A stretch of DNA of 64,000 bases, from contig CAWCRS010000008.1 of the NCBI GenBank assembly GCA_963798085.1, forward strand, positions 128,001 to 192,000, given 5' to 3'. The DNA is from an uncultured Gemmatimonadales bacterium. Its GTDB lineage: Bacteria > Gemmatimonadota > Gemmatimonadetes > Longimicrobiales > RSA9. Position 1 is the first letter of the stretch, and every line of letters begins with the position of its first letter. Positions 22,706-37,243 of this stretch are shown piece by piece. A program made the translations under genes and the position numbers. Under the pieces are notes generated by a model. That model had not been told where the DNA came from. It saw only the letters and a program-made list of their open reading frames with translations, and made no database searches.

Positions 22706-23873
22706 GTGATCCGGCAAGAGCACGGGCACGCGTTCGCGCGCGCCCGTTCATTACTGAGTCTGTTTCTGGCAGTGCCGCTGAGCACGGCGTGTGCGCGCGG
22801 GGCCGCGAATGCCGAGGGTGGTGCAGGTGGCGGGGGTGCGCCGCCGCCGGCGGAAGTGGCGGTGGTGCAGGTGGAACCCGAGACGGTGGCGGAGCCGTTC
22901 GAGTTCTCCGGCCAGGTGATTCCGTACCGGCGCGTGGAAGTGCGTGCGCGCGTGGACGGCATCATCGAGGAGAGGCCATTCACCGAGGGCATGCTGGTGG
23001 AGGCGGGGCAGGTGCTGTACCGCCTGGACCGGGTGCGTTACGAGGCAGCGTATCGCAGTGATCTGGCGCGATTCCAGAACGCGGAGCGCAAGCTGAAGCG
23101 TCTGGAGCCGCTGCTGGCGCAGCACGCGGTGGCGCAGCAGGACGTGGACAATGCGCGCTCGGAGTACGAGTCGTCGCAGGCGGATCTGGATCGTGCGAAG
23201 CAGGATCTTGATGACACGGAAGTTCGCGCGGGCATGGCCGGCCGTGTGGGCCGCACGATGCTGGAGGTGGGCGCGCGCGTCACGGGATCCGGCGACCTGC
23301 TCACCACGATCGACCGGCTGGACCCCGTGTACGTGACGTTTCGTCCATCGACGCAACAGCTGCTCAGCTGGCAGGAAGACCCGCGCTCCCGCGCGCTGAT
23401 GCGTGCGGGCAGCAGTCTGGAAGTACAGGTGGTGCTGCCGGACGGCTCGATACTGCAGCGCAAGGGGCGGCTCGACTTTGTCGCACCGTCGCTCGAATGC
23501 GGCGACGGGCACACAGGAATTCCGCGCACTGTTCCAGAATCCTGATCACCTGCTGTTACCAGGACAGTTCGTGCGTGTGCGTCTCATCGGATTCGCACGC
23601 AACGAGGCCCTGGCAGTACCGCAACGCGCGGTGCAGACGGGCCTGGGGCGGCAGTTCGTGTATGTGGTGGGCGTGGGCGACACGGTAGCCATACGCGACG
23701 TCGTGCCCGGCTCATGGAGCGGCAGTCGCTGGATCATCGAGAAAGGACTGTCACCCGGCGATCGCGTCGTGGTGGATGGCATCCAGAAAGCCGTGCCGGG
23801 TCGCACGGTGCGTCCCGTGCCGGTTGCGGACAGCAGCGCAGTGCAGGCGGCAGCGGCAGGAGCGGCGCGATGA
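22706..23873 (+). CDS. RND efflux membrane fusion protein (AcrA/MexA-like lipoprotein); frameshift at ~23497
   Basis: GAGGAGG RBS, lipobox-like LSTAC, VEVRARVDGII, LLPGQFVRV, AVPQRAV, GLSPGDRVVVDG; ORFs join as SLDAATGT. Confidence 0.9.
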
Positions 23874-26800
23874 AAGAGCTCACGCAAGTGCCTCGCCGGG
23901 AGGCGCAGCCCGCGCCTCGCCCAGCGGCGACGCCAGGACAGGGAGAAAATTCCGGCGGGCGGCCGCACGCGGCGCCACCCGTCGTGCAGCCGACCGAGGA
24001 GATTCGCTACTTCTTCATTCGCCGCCCGGTGCTGGCGGCTGTCATCTCGGTGGTGATCACGCTGCTGGGCGTTTTCTCCATTCGGCTGCTGCCCATCTCG
24101 CGTTATCCGCAGATCACGCCGCCCGCGGTGCAGGTGCAGGCGTTCTACCCGGGCGCGACCGCGGAAGACGTGGCCACTGCCGTGGCCGCGCCCATCGAGG
24201 AGCAGCTCTCGGGATTGCAGGGACTGCTGTACTTCACGTCGGCGAATTCCAGCGACGGCACCATGAGTCTGCAGGTCTACTTCGATGTGTCGCGTGATCA
24301 GGACCTGGCGGCTGTGGACGTGCAGAATGCGGTAAAGCTGGCCGAGCCGCGACTGCCCGACGCGGTGCGGCAGAACGGCATTACGATTCTCAAGGCGAAT
24401 TCCGACATCCTCGCGGTGCTGGCGCTGACCTCCACCGATCCGCGCTACAATGCACCGTACCTGACCAACTACCTGAAGCTGTACGTCGAGGACGAGGTGA
24501 AGCGCGTGCCCGGTGTGGGCAACGCGCAGACCTTCGGCGGGCTCGAGTTCAGCATGCTGCTGCAGCTGGACCCGGACCGCATGGCCAAACTCGGCATTAC
24601 AGTAGGCGACGTCGCAGCCGCCGTGCGCGAGCAGAACGCCACCAATCCGGCGGGCCGCATCGGCCGGGAGCCGGCGCCGCCGGGCACGGAGTTGACGGTG
24701 CCGGTGACGGCGCAGGGCCGGCTGCAGACGCCGGACGAGTTCGACGACGTGGTGGTGCGCGCCAAGGCCGATGGCTCACTCGTCCGGCTGCGCGACATCG
24801 GCCAGGCGGTGCTGGGCTCGCGCAACTACGACTTCTCCGGGCGTCTGAACGGCAGTCCCACAGCGTTCACGCTGCTGTTTCTGCGACCGGGCGCCAATGC
24901 GCTGGCCGTGCGCGCGGCCATCGAGAAGCGCATGGAAGAGCTGGCGCACAATTTTCCGCCGGGCATCCGCTACCAGATCCCGTTCGACACGACGCCCTTC
25001 GTCACCGCGTCCATCAATGAGGTGGTGAAGACGCTGGCCGAGGCAATGGTGCTGGTGGCGCTGGTCGTGTTCCTGTTCCTGCAGAGCTTCCGCGCCACGC
25101 TGATCCCCATGCTGGCGGTGCCGGTGAGCGTCATCGGCACGTTCCTGGGCATGCTGATGATCGGCTTCTCCATCAACGTACTCACCCTGTTCGCGCTGGT
25201 GCTGGCCATCGGCATCGTGGTCGATGACGCGATTGTCGTCATCGAGAATGCCGAGCGCATCATGGCGGCCGAGGGTGTGAGCGCACGGGTGGCGGCGGAC
25301 CGCGCCATCCGCCAGGTGGCGGGTGCGCTGGTTGCCATTGTGCTGGTGCTGTGCGCCGTGTTCGTGCCGGTCGGTTTCACGGGAGGCGTGACCGGCGGGC
25401 TGTTCCGCCAGTTCGCCATCACCATCGTCATCGCCGTGGTGCTCTCCGGTATTGTGGCGCTCACGCTGACGCCCTCGCTGTGCGCGCTCCTGCTGCGCGA
25501 GTCCAACGAGGCGCACACAACCGGGTTCTTCGGCGTGTTCAACCGGGGTTTCGGCCGTGTAACACGCGGTTATGCCGGCACCGTGGACCGGGTGCTGGGC
25601 CGGCCGCGCACGTGGCTGGCCGCGTTTGCCGTGCTGGTGGCGCTGGCCTTCGTGCTCTGGCGCCACGTGCCCACCGCGTTCATTCCCACGGAAGACAAGG
25701 GTTACATGGCAGTGGCGCTGCAGCTCCCTGACGGCGCGTCACTGCAGCGCACGGAGCGTGTGATCAAGACCGTCGAAGGGTACCTGCGGCAGGAGCCGGC
25801 CATCCGCAACATGGTGGCGCTGGCCGGACTCGACATCCTGAGCCGCTCCAACCAGACCAACGGCGCAACCATCTTCGTGAACGTGAAGCCGTGGGAGGAG
25901 CGCACGAAGAACGAGTCGATCGATGCGATTGCGCAGCGGCTCAACTACAAGCTGTTCGGCATGAAGGACGCCATCGGCTTCGCCTTCAATCTGCCGGAAA
26001 TCCCCGGCCTGGGCGCGACCTCCGGCATCGAGGCCAACCTGCAGAACCGGTCCGGGATGGACCTGCAGGACTTCTCGCAGCAGGTCACGCAGTTCGTGCA
26101 GGCGGCCAATCAGCTGCCGGCGGCGGGCGGGCTGAACACGAACTTCCGCGCCAATGTGCCGCAGCTGTGGGTGGATGTTGATCGAGCCACGGCAAAAGCG
26201 CGAGGCGTGCAGCTGAGCGATCTGTTCGGCACCATGCAGGCATTCCTCTCCACGCTCTACATCAACGACTTCAACCTGTACGGCCGCACGTACCGCGTGC
26301 AGGCGGAAGCACTGCCGCAATTCCGGCTGCGCCCCGAGGACATCGGCAGGCTGTATGTGCGCGGTCGCGACAATGCAATGATCCCGGTGTCAGCGCTCAC
26401 CCGCACGGAGTTCCGCGGCGGACCGACCCTGCTCACGCGCTTCAACGGCTTCACCTCGGCGCTGCTGACCGGTGCGCCCAAAGGCGATCGCAGCTCCGGT
26501 GAGCTGCTGAACGAGCTGGACAGCCTGGTGACGAACCGCTTCGGGGCGCAGGGCGTGGGGCTGTCGTACTCGGGTCAATCCTATCAGGAGCGCCTGTCGA
26601 GCGGCGCCGCCGGACTGGTCTTCGCGCTGGGCCTGATCATTGTGTTCCTCGTGTTAGCGGCGCAGTACGAGAGCTGGTCGATTCCCTTCGCGGTGCTGCT
26701 GGGCGTGCCCTTCGGCGTGCTGGGCGCGTTCCTCGGCATCTGGCTGCGCCATCAGCCGGCGGACATCTACTTCCAGATCGGCCTCATCACGGTGGTGGGA

Positions 26801-27133
26801 CTGGCCGCCAAGAACGCGATTCTGATCGTCGAATTCGCGAATGATCTGCGCAAGCAGGGCCACGACGTGCGCCACGCCGCCGTGGAAGCGGCGAGGGAGC
26901 GGTTCCGGCCGATTCTCATGACGTCGTTCGCGTTCATTCTCGGGGTTTCGCCGCTCGTCGTCGCAGGTGGCGCAGGCGCGGCCAGTCGTCATTCGATCGG
27001 AACCTGCGTGTTCGCGGGCATGCTGTTCGCCACGACGATCGGCATCTTCTTCATTCCGCTCTTCTTTGGCGTAATCCGCGGACTGGGTGAGCGCGGCCGG
27101 CAGAAGGCCGCCAGCACGGAGGCAGCGTCATGA
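23870..27133 (+). CDS. RND efflux permease (AcrB/HAE1 family)
   Basis: FFIRRPVLA, LPISRYPQITPP, IGIVVDDAIVV, GLAAKNAILIVEFA, RFRPILMTS; ATGA overlap with the MFP gene. Confidence 0.96.
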   Translation: MKELTQVPRREAQPAPRPAATPGQGENSGGRPHAAPPVVQPTEEIRYFFIRRPVLAAVISVVITLLGVFSIRLLPISRYPQITPPAVQVQAFYPGATAEDVATAVAAPIEEQLSGLQGLLYFTSANSSDGTMSLQVYFDVSRDQDLAAVDVQNAVKLAEPRLPDAVRQNGITILKANSDILAVLALTSTDPRYNAPYLTNYLKLYVEDEVKRVPGVGNAQTFGGLEFSMLLQLDPDRMAKLGITVGDVAAAVREQNATNPAGRIGREPAPPGTELTVPVTAQGRLQTPDEFDDVVVRAKADGSLVRLRDIGQAVLGSRNYDFSGRLNGSPTAFTLLFLRPGANALAVRAAIEKRMEELAHNFPPGIRYQIPFDTTPFVTASINEVVKTLAEAMVLVALVVFLFLQSFRATLIPMLAVPVSVIGTFLGMLMIGFSINVLTLFALVLAIGIVVDDAIVVIENAERIMAAEGVSARVAADRAIRQVAGALVAIVLVLCAVFVPVGFTGGVTGGLFRQFAITIVIAVVLSGIVALTLTPSLCALLLRESNEAHTTGFFGVFNRGFGRVTRGYAGTVDRVLGRPRTWLAAFAVLVALAFVLWRHVPTAFIPTEDKGYMAVALQLPDGASLQRTERVIKTVEGYLRQEPAIRNMVALAGLDILSRSNQTNGATIFVNVKPWEERTKNESIDAIAQRLNYKLFGMKDAIGFAFNLPEIPGLGATSGIEANLQNRSGMDLQDFSQQVTQFVQAANQLPAAGGLNTNFRANVPQLWVDVDRATAKARGVQLSDLFGTMQAFLSTLYINDFNLYGRTYRVQAEALPQFRLRPEDIGRLYVRGRDNAMIPVSALTRTEFRGGPTLLTRFNGFTSALLTGAPKGDRSSGELLNELDSLVTNRFGAQGVGLSYSGQSYQERLSSGAAGLVFALGLIIVFLVLAAQYESWSIPFAVLLGVPFGVLGAFLGIWLRHQPADIYFQIGLITVVGLAAKNAILIVEFANDLRKQGHDVRHAAVEAARERFRPILMTSFAFILGVSPLVVAGGAGAASRHSIGTCVFAGMLFATTIGIFFIPLFFGVIRGLGERGRQKAASTEAAS

Positions 27134-28623
27134 CGATGCGACGGCTGCTGTGGCTGGCGGGCGTCGCCGGTACCGCCACCGGGTGCGCGCTGGGTCCGCG
27201 CTATCACGCCATGCCGGCCGTGCCGGAAACCACACGCCTGGGTGTGGAGACGATCAGCGATTCGACGCGCCTGTTCTTCGACTCACTGGCAGCCGCGCGC
27301 GAAGCGGATACGGTGCGCGTGGCGAGGCCGGAGAGTTTCGCGGTGCGGCCAGCGGGCGCGGATTCGATCGTGCAGGTCTCCTGGCTGGAAGTGCTGAAAG
27401 ACCCGGCACTGGAATCGCTCGTGGGCACGTCGCTGCACAACAACCGCGACCTGGCGGCGGCGAGGGCGCGCATCAGCGAGTATCGCGCGCTGCGCGGTGT
27501 GGCCCGGGCGCCGCTGCTGCCCGCGTTGACCGTGAACGCCAGCACGAGCAAGAACCAGATCGCGCTGGGCGCCTTCCCGCCCGTCTCGTACGACGCCTAT
27601 CGCATCACGGGCGATGTGGCATGGGAACTGGACTTCTGGGGGCGCACGCGGCGAGGCATCGAGGCGGCCGGCGCGGACCTCGATGCGCAGGTGGCGGCGG
27701 AGCGGGCGCGCGTGCTCACGCTGGTGAGCGATGTCGCGACCGGCTACCTGCAGCTGCTGGAGCTGGACCAGGAGCAGCAGATCGCGGAGCGCACGCTGTC
27801 ATCGCGGCGCACCACGCTCGACCTGGCGCGCCAGCGCTTCGCGCAGGGACTCATCTCGGAGCTGGATGTGCGTCAGTTCGAGGCACAGGTGACGGTGCCG
27901 GCAGTGCGACTGGCGCAGGTCGAGCAGCAGCTGGCAGTGCAGGAGCACGCGCTTGCCGTGCTGGCGGGTGAGCCACCGTCCACCATTGCGCGCGGCACAT
28001 CGCTCGCCGCCGCCGCGCGTGCCGTAACCATTCCGGACACGCTGCCCGCATCCCTGCTGATGCGGCGTCCCGATGTGGAGCAGGCGGAGCGCAGCTTCGC
28101 GGCCGCAACAGCGCGCATTGGCGTGGCCGATGCGGCGCGCATGCCCACCGTGTCGATCACGGGTTCCTGGGGCACGCAATCCGGTAACACGGGTGATCTG
28201 TTCAAGGACCAGACGCGCGTGTACCAGCTGCAGGCCGGCCTGTCCTTCCGGCTGTTCACGGGCGGGTCGCTGGAGAATCAGTCGCGGGCCGCACGCGCAC
28301 GCGCCGACCAGGCGGAAGCCAGCTGGCAGCAGACGGCGCTGGTTGCGCTGCGCGAGGCCAGCGACGCCATGACGGGTGTGCGCGCGGCCCGCGACCAGGT
28401 GGTGGCGCAGGAAACCCAGGCCAGCGCGCTGCGTCGTGCGCTCGATCTCGCGCAGCTCCGCTACAGCACCGGTGTCTCCAACTATCTGGAAGTGCTGGAC
28501 GCGCAGCGCAGCCTGTTCGATGCGGAGCTGGCGCTCAGTCAGGCGCAGCTGCGCCAGGTAACGGCAGCCGTGCAGCTGTACAAGGCGCTGGGCGGTGCAT
28601 GGACAGAAACACAGACGAGATGA
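27130..28623 (+). CDS. RND outer-membrane factor (OprM/NodT family lipoprotein)
   Basis: Lipoprotein Cys (TGC ALGPRY), WELDFWGR, LLMRRPDVEQAER, YLEVLDAQR, LYKALGGAW. Confidence 0.95.
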   Translation: MTMRRLLWLAGVAGTATGCALGPRYHAMPAVPETTRLGVETISDSTRLFFDSLAAAREADTVRVARPESFAVRPAGADSIVQVSWLEVLKDPALESLVGTSLHNNRDLAAARARISEYRALRGVARAPLLPALTVNASTSKNQIALGAFPPVSYDAYRITGDVAWELDFWGRTRRGIEAAGADLDAQVAAERARVLTLVSDVATGYLQLLELDQEQQIAERTLSSRRTTLDLARQRFAQGLISELDVRQFEAQVTVPAVRLAQVEQQLAVQEHALAVLAGEPPSTIARGTSLAAAARAVTIPDTLPASLLMRRPDVEQAERSFAAATARIGVADAARMPTVSITGSWGTQSGNTGDLFKDQTRVYQLQAGLSFRLFTGGSLENQSRAARARADQAEASWQQTALVALREASDAMTGVRAARDQVVAQETQASALRRALDLAQLRYSTGVSNYLEVLDAQRSLFDAELALSQAQLRQVTAAVQLYKALGGAWTETQTR

Positions 28624-28679
28624 TGGGTACGCCTTTGCACGCCTGACACGCTGTCAGGATGTGAAGTGCCGTTGCAAAC

Positions 28680-28718
28680 GAAGGGCGCCGCTCCCGGGAG
28701 ACCGGACGGCGCCCGCTT
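28680..28718. terminator. Hairpin between convergent OMF and ADOP genes
   Basis: GGGCGCCG...CGGCGCCC stem with extendable flanks; no strong U-tract. Confidence 0.4.
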
Positions 28719-28762
28719 CACAGGGTACGGCCAGCGCGGACTTGCGCGGCGTGCGGGGTCCG

Positions 28763-31543
28763 CTACTCGCTGCGCATGGCGCGCAGGGGATCGAGCCGGG
28801 TCACTCGGCGGGCCGGAATCCAGCTGGCCAGCAGGGCCACACCGCCGAGCACGATGGCGCAGGCGAAGTAGACACGAGGGTCGGCGGGCCGCACGCCGAA
28901 CAGCAGCGATTCTAACAGTCGGCTAGAGGCGAGCGCCGCGGGCAGGCCCAGTGCCACACCCAGCGCGCCGGCGAGCGCGCCCCGCCGCAGCACGAGGGCT
29001 ACGACCGACCGCGCACGTGCGCCCAGTGCCATGCGCAGTCCCAGTTCCTGCGTGCGCTGGTTCACGGTGTACGCCACCACGCTCCAGATGCCGCATGCCG
29101 CCAGCAGCACGGCGAACGCGGCAAAGAGTGCCAGCAGCCAGAGCAGCACGCGGGTGTCGGCCGTGGCGCCGGCGGCGATCTGTGCGGCGGTGGCAATGCT
29201 GTAGGGCAGGGCGCCGGGATCGATCGCGTGCAGGGCTGCCGTAATCGCGGGCACGAGCGCCAGCGGCTCGACCGATGTGCGCAGGAACACGACGTCATCC
29301 AGCGAGCCCTGGTGCATGGAAACGTACGCCTCGGGCATTACGCCCTGCTCGGGACGTGCGTAAAGCACATCGCCGACCACGCCCACAATGGTGTAGCTGT
29401 CATCTTGGCCGCGTACGTTGTAGCCCATGTGCAGCTGCCGGCCCAGCGGATTGTCGCTGCCGAACAGCCTGCGCGCAGCCGCGCGGTTGATGATGGCGAC
29501 CAGCGGGGACGCTTCCGTGTCGCCCGTGTTGAACGTGCGACCCGACGCGACCGGAACCCGCAGAGTCGTGAAGTAGTCGTCGCTGATGCTCTGCACGCCA
29601 ATGCGCGGCCCGCTGCCGTCCGGCCAGGGCGGGCGGCCTTCGACGCGGTTCACACCCGTGATGCTGCAATGGCCGGACAGCGGCGGCAGACAACCACTCG
29701 CGGCGCTGATCACACGGGGATCGGCGCGCAGCCGTTGCAGCAGCGCATCCTGCAACGGGACCGGATCGCGGGCAGCGACACTGTTGCGCGGCACACTGTA
29801 ATTGAATGTCAGGAGCGAATGCGCGTCATAGCCCTGCTCCACGTGCAGCAGGCCGAGCAGGCTCGCGCTCATCAGGCCCGCACCCACCAGCAGCACGAGC
29901 GCGAGCGCCACTTCCAGCGCGATCAGCACAGCCCGTCCCTCGATACGCCGACTGGTCTGCGCCGTGCGCACGCGGCCGCCTGCGCGGAGTGCCTCGGCCG
30001 GCCCGGCCGCGGAGAGCTGGAGCGCGGGCAGGATCCCGCATAACACGCCTGTCAGCAGCACCAGGGCGGCGCAGAAGGCAAGCACGAGCGGATCCAGGCC
30101 GAGCGCGGCCACGTCCAGCGAGCGCAGCGAGCCGCCGGAGCTGGCGGCGAAGCGTGCCGGCCACGCCAGCCGGAGCAGGCCGATGCCGAAATGCGCCACC
30201 ACGATGCCGGCAATGCCGCCGGCAGCCGAGAGCAGCAGGCTTTCCAGCAGCAGTCCGCTCAGCAGCCGGCCACGACGCGCACCCAGGGCCGCGCGCAACG
30301 CGATCTCGCGCCGGCGTGCCAGGCCGCGTGCCAGCAGCAGTCCCGCGAGATTGGCGCAGGCAATCAGCAGCACCAGCAGCGCGGCGCCTCCCAGCACGAG
30401 CACCGCGCTGCGCGCAGCGGGATTGATGCGCGCCTCGCGCAGCACACTCACTCTGCCGCCGTACTCGATATCGGGCGCCGGCGGCGGATAGACCTCGTGG
30501 ATGTGCTGCACCACCGCGTCCGTGCGCGCCGTGGCATCGGCAACGGTGATGCCCGGTCGCAGACGCCCAATGGCGCGGAACCAGTGCGCCTGCGGCTGCT
30601 GCGTCATGAAGGGACTGAAGAGGACGCCGGCGCTGCCCAGCGGCAGCCACAGATCGATGTTGCCGGTGAGACCATCGAATCCGGGCGGCGCGACGCCCAG
30701 CACCTGCACAGTCTGCGAGCCGATCTGCAGCGTACGCCCCGGAAGTGAAGGGTCGCTGCCAAACCGGCTGGCCCACAGACGGTGGCTCAGGACCGCCACG
30801 AATGCAGGCGACGATGCATCGTCCTCCGCCTTCGTGAACAGCCGGCCCGGCGCTGCCTGCACGCCCAGCAGCGCGAAGTAGTCCGCCGACACCAGCTCCG
30901 CATTCACGCGCGCGGACTGCGTGCCGTACAGCACGGTAACACTGCGTTGCGCGAAGCCCGCGATGGCCGACATGCCGTCGTCGCCGCTCTCCTGGAACAG
31001 CTTGAACTTCGCATAGGACCAGGGAAACGAGCGGCCTGCTCCCGGCGTGCGTGCGACGCCGCCGTTCGCCTGCAGCGCGAGCGCGGGCAATGTGCTCGTG
31101 CTGTTGCGCTCGAGCATGTCCACCAGCACCAGACGCGCCGCATCCGGATAGGGCGGCGCCGTGAACAGCAGCGCCTTCACCGCCGTGAAGATCGACACGT
31201 TCACGCCGATGCCCAGTGCCAGCACGAGCACCGCGGATGCCGTGAAGCCGGGCGCCTGGCGCAGCGCGCGCCCGGCCTTCGACACGTCCCAGAGAATGCC
31301 ACGCAGCATGCCGAAACGCCTCGCCCGGGATAGCCGCTGCTCGCGTACCACGGTGAAGGACAGATCGACCACGGAACGCATGGCAAAGACGAGCGCCGCC
31401 AGCCGGCCGCGTGCGTGCCGGCGATCGCGGATGGCGTCCTCGAACGATTCGACGATCGCCTCGCCGTAGCCGGCGCGCAGATGCGCGGGCAGCAGGCGCA
31501 CGAGCGTCGCCATCAGGCGAGCCGCCGGGCCACGCTCGCTCAT
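28763..31543 (-). CDS. ADOP duplicated permease with N-terminal extension
   Basis: LLPAHLRAGYGEAI N-terminus typical of PadR-linked ADOPs; [36 protein letters not shown]. Confidence 0.9.
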   Translation of the reverse strand: MSERGPAARLMATLVRLLPAHLRAGYGEAIVESFEDAIRDRRHARGRLAALVFAMRSVVDLSFTVVREQRLSRARRFGMLRGILWDVSKAGRALRQAPGFTASAVLVLALGIGVNVSIFTAVKALLFTAPPYPDAARLVLVDMLERNSTSTLPALALQANGGVARTPGAGRSFPWSYAKFKLFQESGDDGMSAIAGFAQRSVTVLYGTQSARVNAELVSADYFALLGVQAAPGRLFTKAEDDASSPAFVAVLSHRLWASRFGSDPSLPGRTLQIGSQTVQVLGVAPPGFDGLTGNIDLWLPLGSAGVLFSPFMTQQPQAHWFRAIGRLRPGITVADATARTDAVVQHIHEVYPPPAPDIEYGGRVSVLREARINPAARSAVLVLGGAALLVLLIACANLAGLLLARGLARRREIALRAALGARRGRLLSGLLLESLLLSAAGGIAGIVVAHFGIGLLRLAWPARFAASSGGSLRSLDVAALGLDPLVLAFCAALVLLTGVLCGILPALQLSAAGPAEALRAGGRVRTAQTSRRIEGRAVLIALEVALALVLLVGAGLMSASLLGLLHVEQGYDAHSLLTFNYSVPRNSVAARDPVPLQDALLQRLRADPRVISAASGCLPPLSGHCSITGVNRVEGRPPWPDGSGPRIGVQSISDDYFTTLRVPVASGRTFNTGDTEASPLVAIINRAAARRLFGSDNPLGRQLHMGYNVRGQDDSYTIVGVVGDVLYARPEQGVMPEAYVSMHQGSLDDVVFLRTSVEPLALVPAITAALHAIDPGALPYSIATAAQIAAGATADTRVLLWLLALFAAFAVLLAACGIWSVVAYTVNQRTQELGLRMALGARARSVVALVLRRGALAGALGVALGLPAALASSRLLESLLFGVRPADPRVYFACAIVLGGVALLASWIPARRVTRLDPLRAMRSE

Positions 31544-31905
31544 GTCGTGCCTCGCAACAGGTCCTGCTCGAGCGCCAGCTCGACGAGCCGGCGCATACGC
31601 GCCGCTTCGGCCTGCGCCACCGTCCGCCCGAACGGCGTCAACCGGTAATAGCGTCGTCGCCTGTCCATGCTGGATTGGGCCGCACCCGCAAGGTCCGCCG
31701 CGGCGACCTCCTCCAGCAGGCGATCACTCACCATGCGCGCAATGGTGGCGTACAGCGATCCGGGCAGCAGCGTCTCCCGGCCGCTCGTGCGCCGCTCCAG
31801 GGCCTGCATGATGGCGTAGCCGTGCATGGCGTCGTCACCCAGCGTCAGCAGGATATGGAAGACGGGTGGGCTGAGGGGCAGCAGTTCGTCCGGTCCAGGT
31901 CTCAT
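31540..31905 (-). CDS. PadR family transcriptional regulator
   Basis: FHILLTL...MHGYAIMQ...PGSLYATIARM...RRRYYRLTPFGR; ATGA overlap with the ADOP gene. Confidence 0.92.
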   Translation of the reverse strand: MRPGPDELLPLSPPVFHILLTLGDDAMHGYAIMQALERRTSGRETLLPGSLYATIARMVSDRLLEEVAAADLAGAAQSSMDRRRRYYRLTPFGRTVAQAEAARMRRLVELALEQDLLRGTT

Positions 31906-31907
31906 GG

Positions 31908-31946
31908 TGTCATTATCGGCATTATAATTTTCCGCATGATAGTATT
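31908..31946. promoter_or_regulatory. AT-rich divergent promoter/operator between padR and the kinase gene
   Basis: ATTATAAT (31921-31928) gives TATAAT on both strands; inverted repeats ATTAT-N7-ATAAT and TATAAT-N7-ATGATA. Confidence 0.5.
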
Positions 31947-32082
31947 CGAGGTGGAAGCGCCGCAAGGAGGGGCAGGCCGGGGCGGCGACTGCGGACAAGG
32001 GGGGTGGCTTGCCGAGACTGATACGACAGGATCTTGCCGGCAGGAGCGCTGGCACGAGGTCCATTCTGACATCAGGCAGCGC

Positions 32083-35547
<3,465 letters not shown>

Positions 35548-35621
35548 GTACCGGCAACCGTAGCGCACCCCCCTGCATCACAGCTAGCATAAAGCGAAAC
35601 ATCTTCTGGCAGGGGGGACGA

Positions 35622-37031
35622 ATGCGCCTTTTCGCAGCGGGCACGGCTGCAATGGCCGGTGCCGGTGTACTGATCGCTGCATTGTCGGGTTGTGGTGGTG
35701 GTGCGCGCGCGGCGAGTCTGTCGGCGGAGATCGACAGCACGAATGGGGTACGTCACTTGAAGTATCCCGGCGATGGCGGTGCCTCGCTCGCGGTACGCAG
35801 TGACACCGTATTGCGCATTGGTGACGTGATGGGAGGCGACGACGCGTATCAGTTCGATCGCGTGCCTCCGACCGGCCTCGCCGGCGATGCCAGCGGTAAC
35901 ATCTTCGTGCTCGACATCGCGGGCGTACGCGTGCTCGAGTTCGATGCGCAGGGCAAACACAAGGCTACGTTCGGACGCAAGGGCGAGGGTCCGGGCGAGC
36001 TGGCACAGCCGTTCTCGATGGCCCTGGGCGCCGCGGATACGGTGTGGGTGCTGGATCCGCTGAACGGCCGCATCACGGGCTTCCCGCCTGCGGGCGATCC
36101 CCGTGTCGTCACGCTCACCGGCGTCAACGGGCTTCCCACGTCCAACTTCGCTGTTCTGCACGACGGGTTTCTGCTCCAGGTCAACGGCATGCTCAACATG
36201 GCCAGCGTCAAGGGCGGCCCTTCCTTCAGCGTTGCTGGTGGTGGCGCCAGAGTCGCGACGCGCGCGACGACGACAGCACCTGCGGTTGGTCGTGCGGGTG
36301 GCGGTGGTGGACCCGCTCCGGCGGGCGCGCGGCCGTCGATCAATCCTTTCGGTGGCGACGGCTCGATTCCCGTCTTCCGGCTCGGCTTCAATGGCGTGCC
36401 CGGCGACACACTGTGGCGGTCGACACCGCCGGTGGTGAAGCCGATTCAGATGGGTGGCGGCGGCAATTCCAGAACGATGACGATCCTGGCCGCACCGGAG
36501 CAGTTCCGGCCACTGCTGCGCTGGGCTGCCTTTTCCGATGGCAGCATTGTGACTGTGGACACGGATGCGTACGACGTCAACGTGGTGGGCCCGGACGGCA
36601 AGGTGCGCTTCGTGATCACGCGTGACATGGCGCCATGGCCGGTCACCGACAAGGAGAAGGAGTGGGCCCGCGACCAGGTGCGCAACCGCGACATAAGTCT
36701 TGGCGGCGGCACAGAGAGGTCCGCCGAAATCAAGCAGATGATGGAGCAGATGGCGCAGAGCATGACGTTCGCCGAGACGGTGCCGCGGATTGCGAAGGTG
36801 GCGGTGGACACGAAGGACCGCATCTGGGTGGGTGTCTCGCTGGCAACGCCCGGTGAAGTGGATCGCGTCGATCTGTACGAGAAGGACGGCCGCTTCATCG
36901 GCTCACTGAACGGCACGAAGATCCCGGACGCGTTCCTGCCCGACGGTCGCATGGCTTCGCTTGTGAAGGATCCGGACACGGACGTGCAGCGCGTGGCCGT
37001 GTATCGCATCACCGAGGGAACGGAGCGCTAG
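35622..37031 (+). CDS. 6-bladed beta-propeller (NHL-like) lipoprotein
   Basis: Lipobox LSGC; GNIFVLD...FDAQGK...FGRKGEGPGEL motif; VDTKDRIWV. Confidence 0.8.
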   Translation: MRLFAAGTAAMAGAGVLIAALSGCGGGARAASLSAEIDSTNGVRHLKYPGDGGASLAVRSDTVLRIGDVMGGDDAYQFDRVPPTGLAGDASGNIFVLDIAGVRVLEFDAQGKHKATFGRKGEGPGELAQPFSMALGAADTVWVLDPLNGRITGFPPAGDPRVVTLTGVNGLPTSNFAVLHDGFLLQVNGMLNMASVKGGPSFSVAGGGARVATRATTTAPAVGRAGGGGGPAPAGARPSINPFGGDGSIPVFRLGFNGVPGDTLWRSTPPVVKPIQMGGGGNSRTMTILAAPEQFRPLLRWAAFSDGSIVTVDTDAYDVNVVGPDGKVRFVITRDMAPWPVTDKEKEWARDQVRNRDISLGGGTERSAEIKQMMEQMAQSMTFAETVPRIAKVAVDTKDRIWVGVSLATPGEVDRVDLYEKDGRFIGSLNGTKIPDAFLPDGRMASLVKDPDTDVQRVAVYRITEGTER

Positions 37032-37077
37032 GGTTCGGCATTCTGCTCCCCGGCGCGCTCGCGCACCTCGTGTCCGG

Positions 37078-37105
37078 AAACGGCGCCTGGCAACGGGCGC
37101 CGTTT
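37078..37105. terminator. Hairpin terminator after the propeller gene
   Basis: AAACGGCGCC...GCAA...GGCGCCGTTT stem-loop. Confidence 0.6.
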
Positions 37106-37243
37106 GTGCAAATGGCGGACAGCGCGGCGGGCGGAACCCGGGGATGGGGCCAGCGGTGTACCATGCACTTCAGCCCGGCCTGGCGCCTTCCGATCCGCAT
37201 TGCGTGGACGCGCCCCGATTACTGTGAACGTCGAGGACGACAA

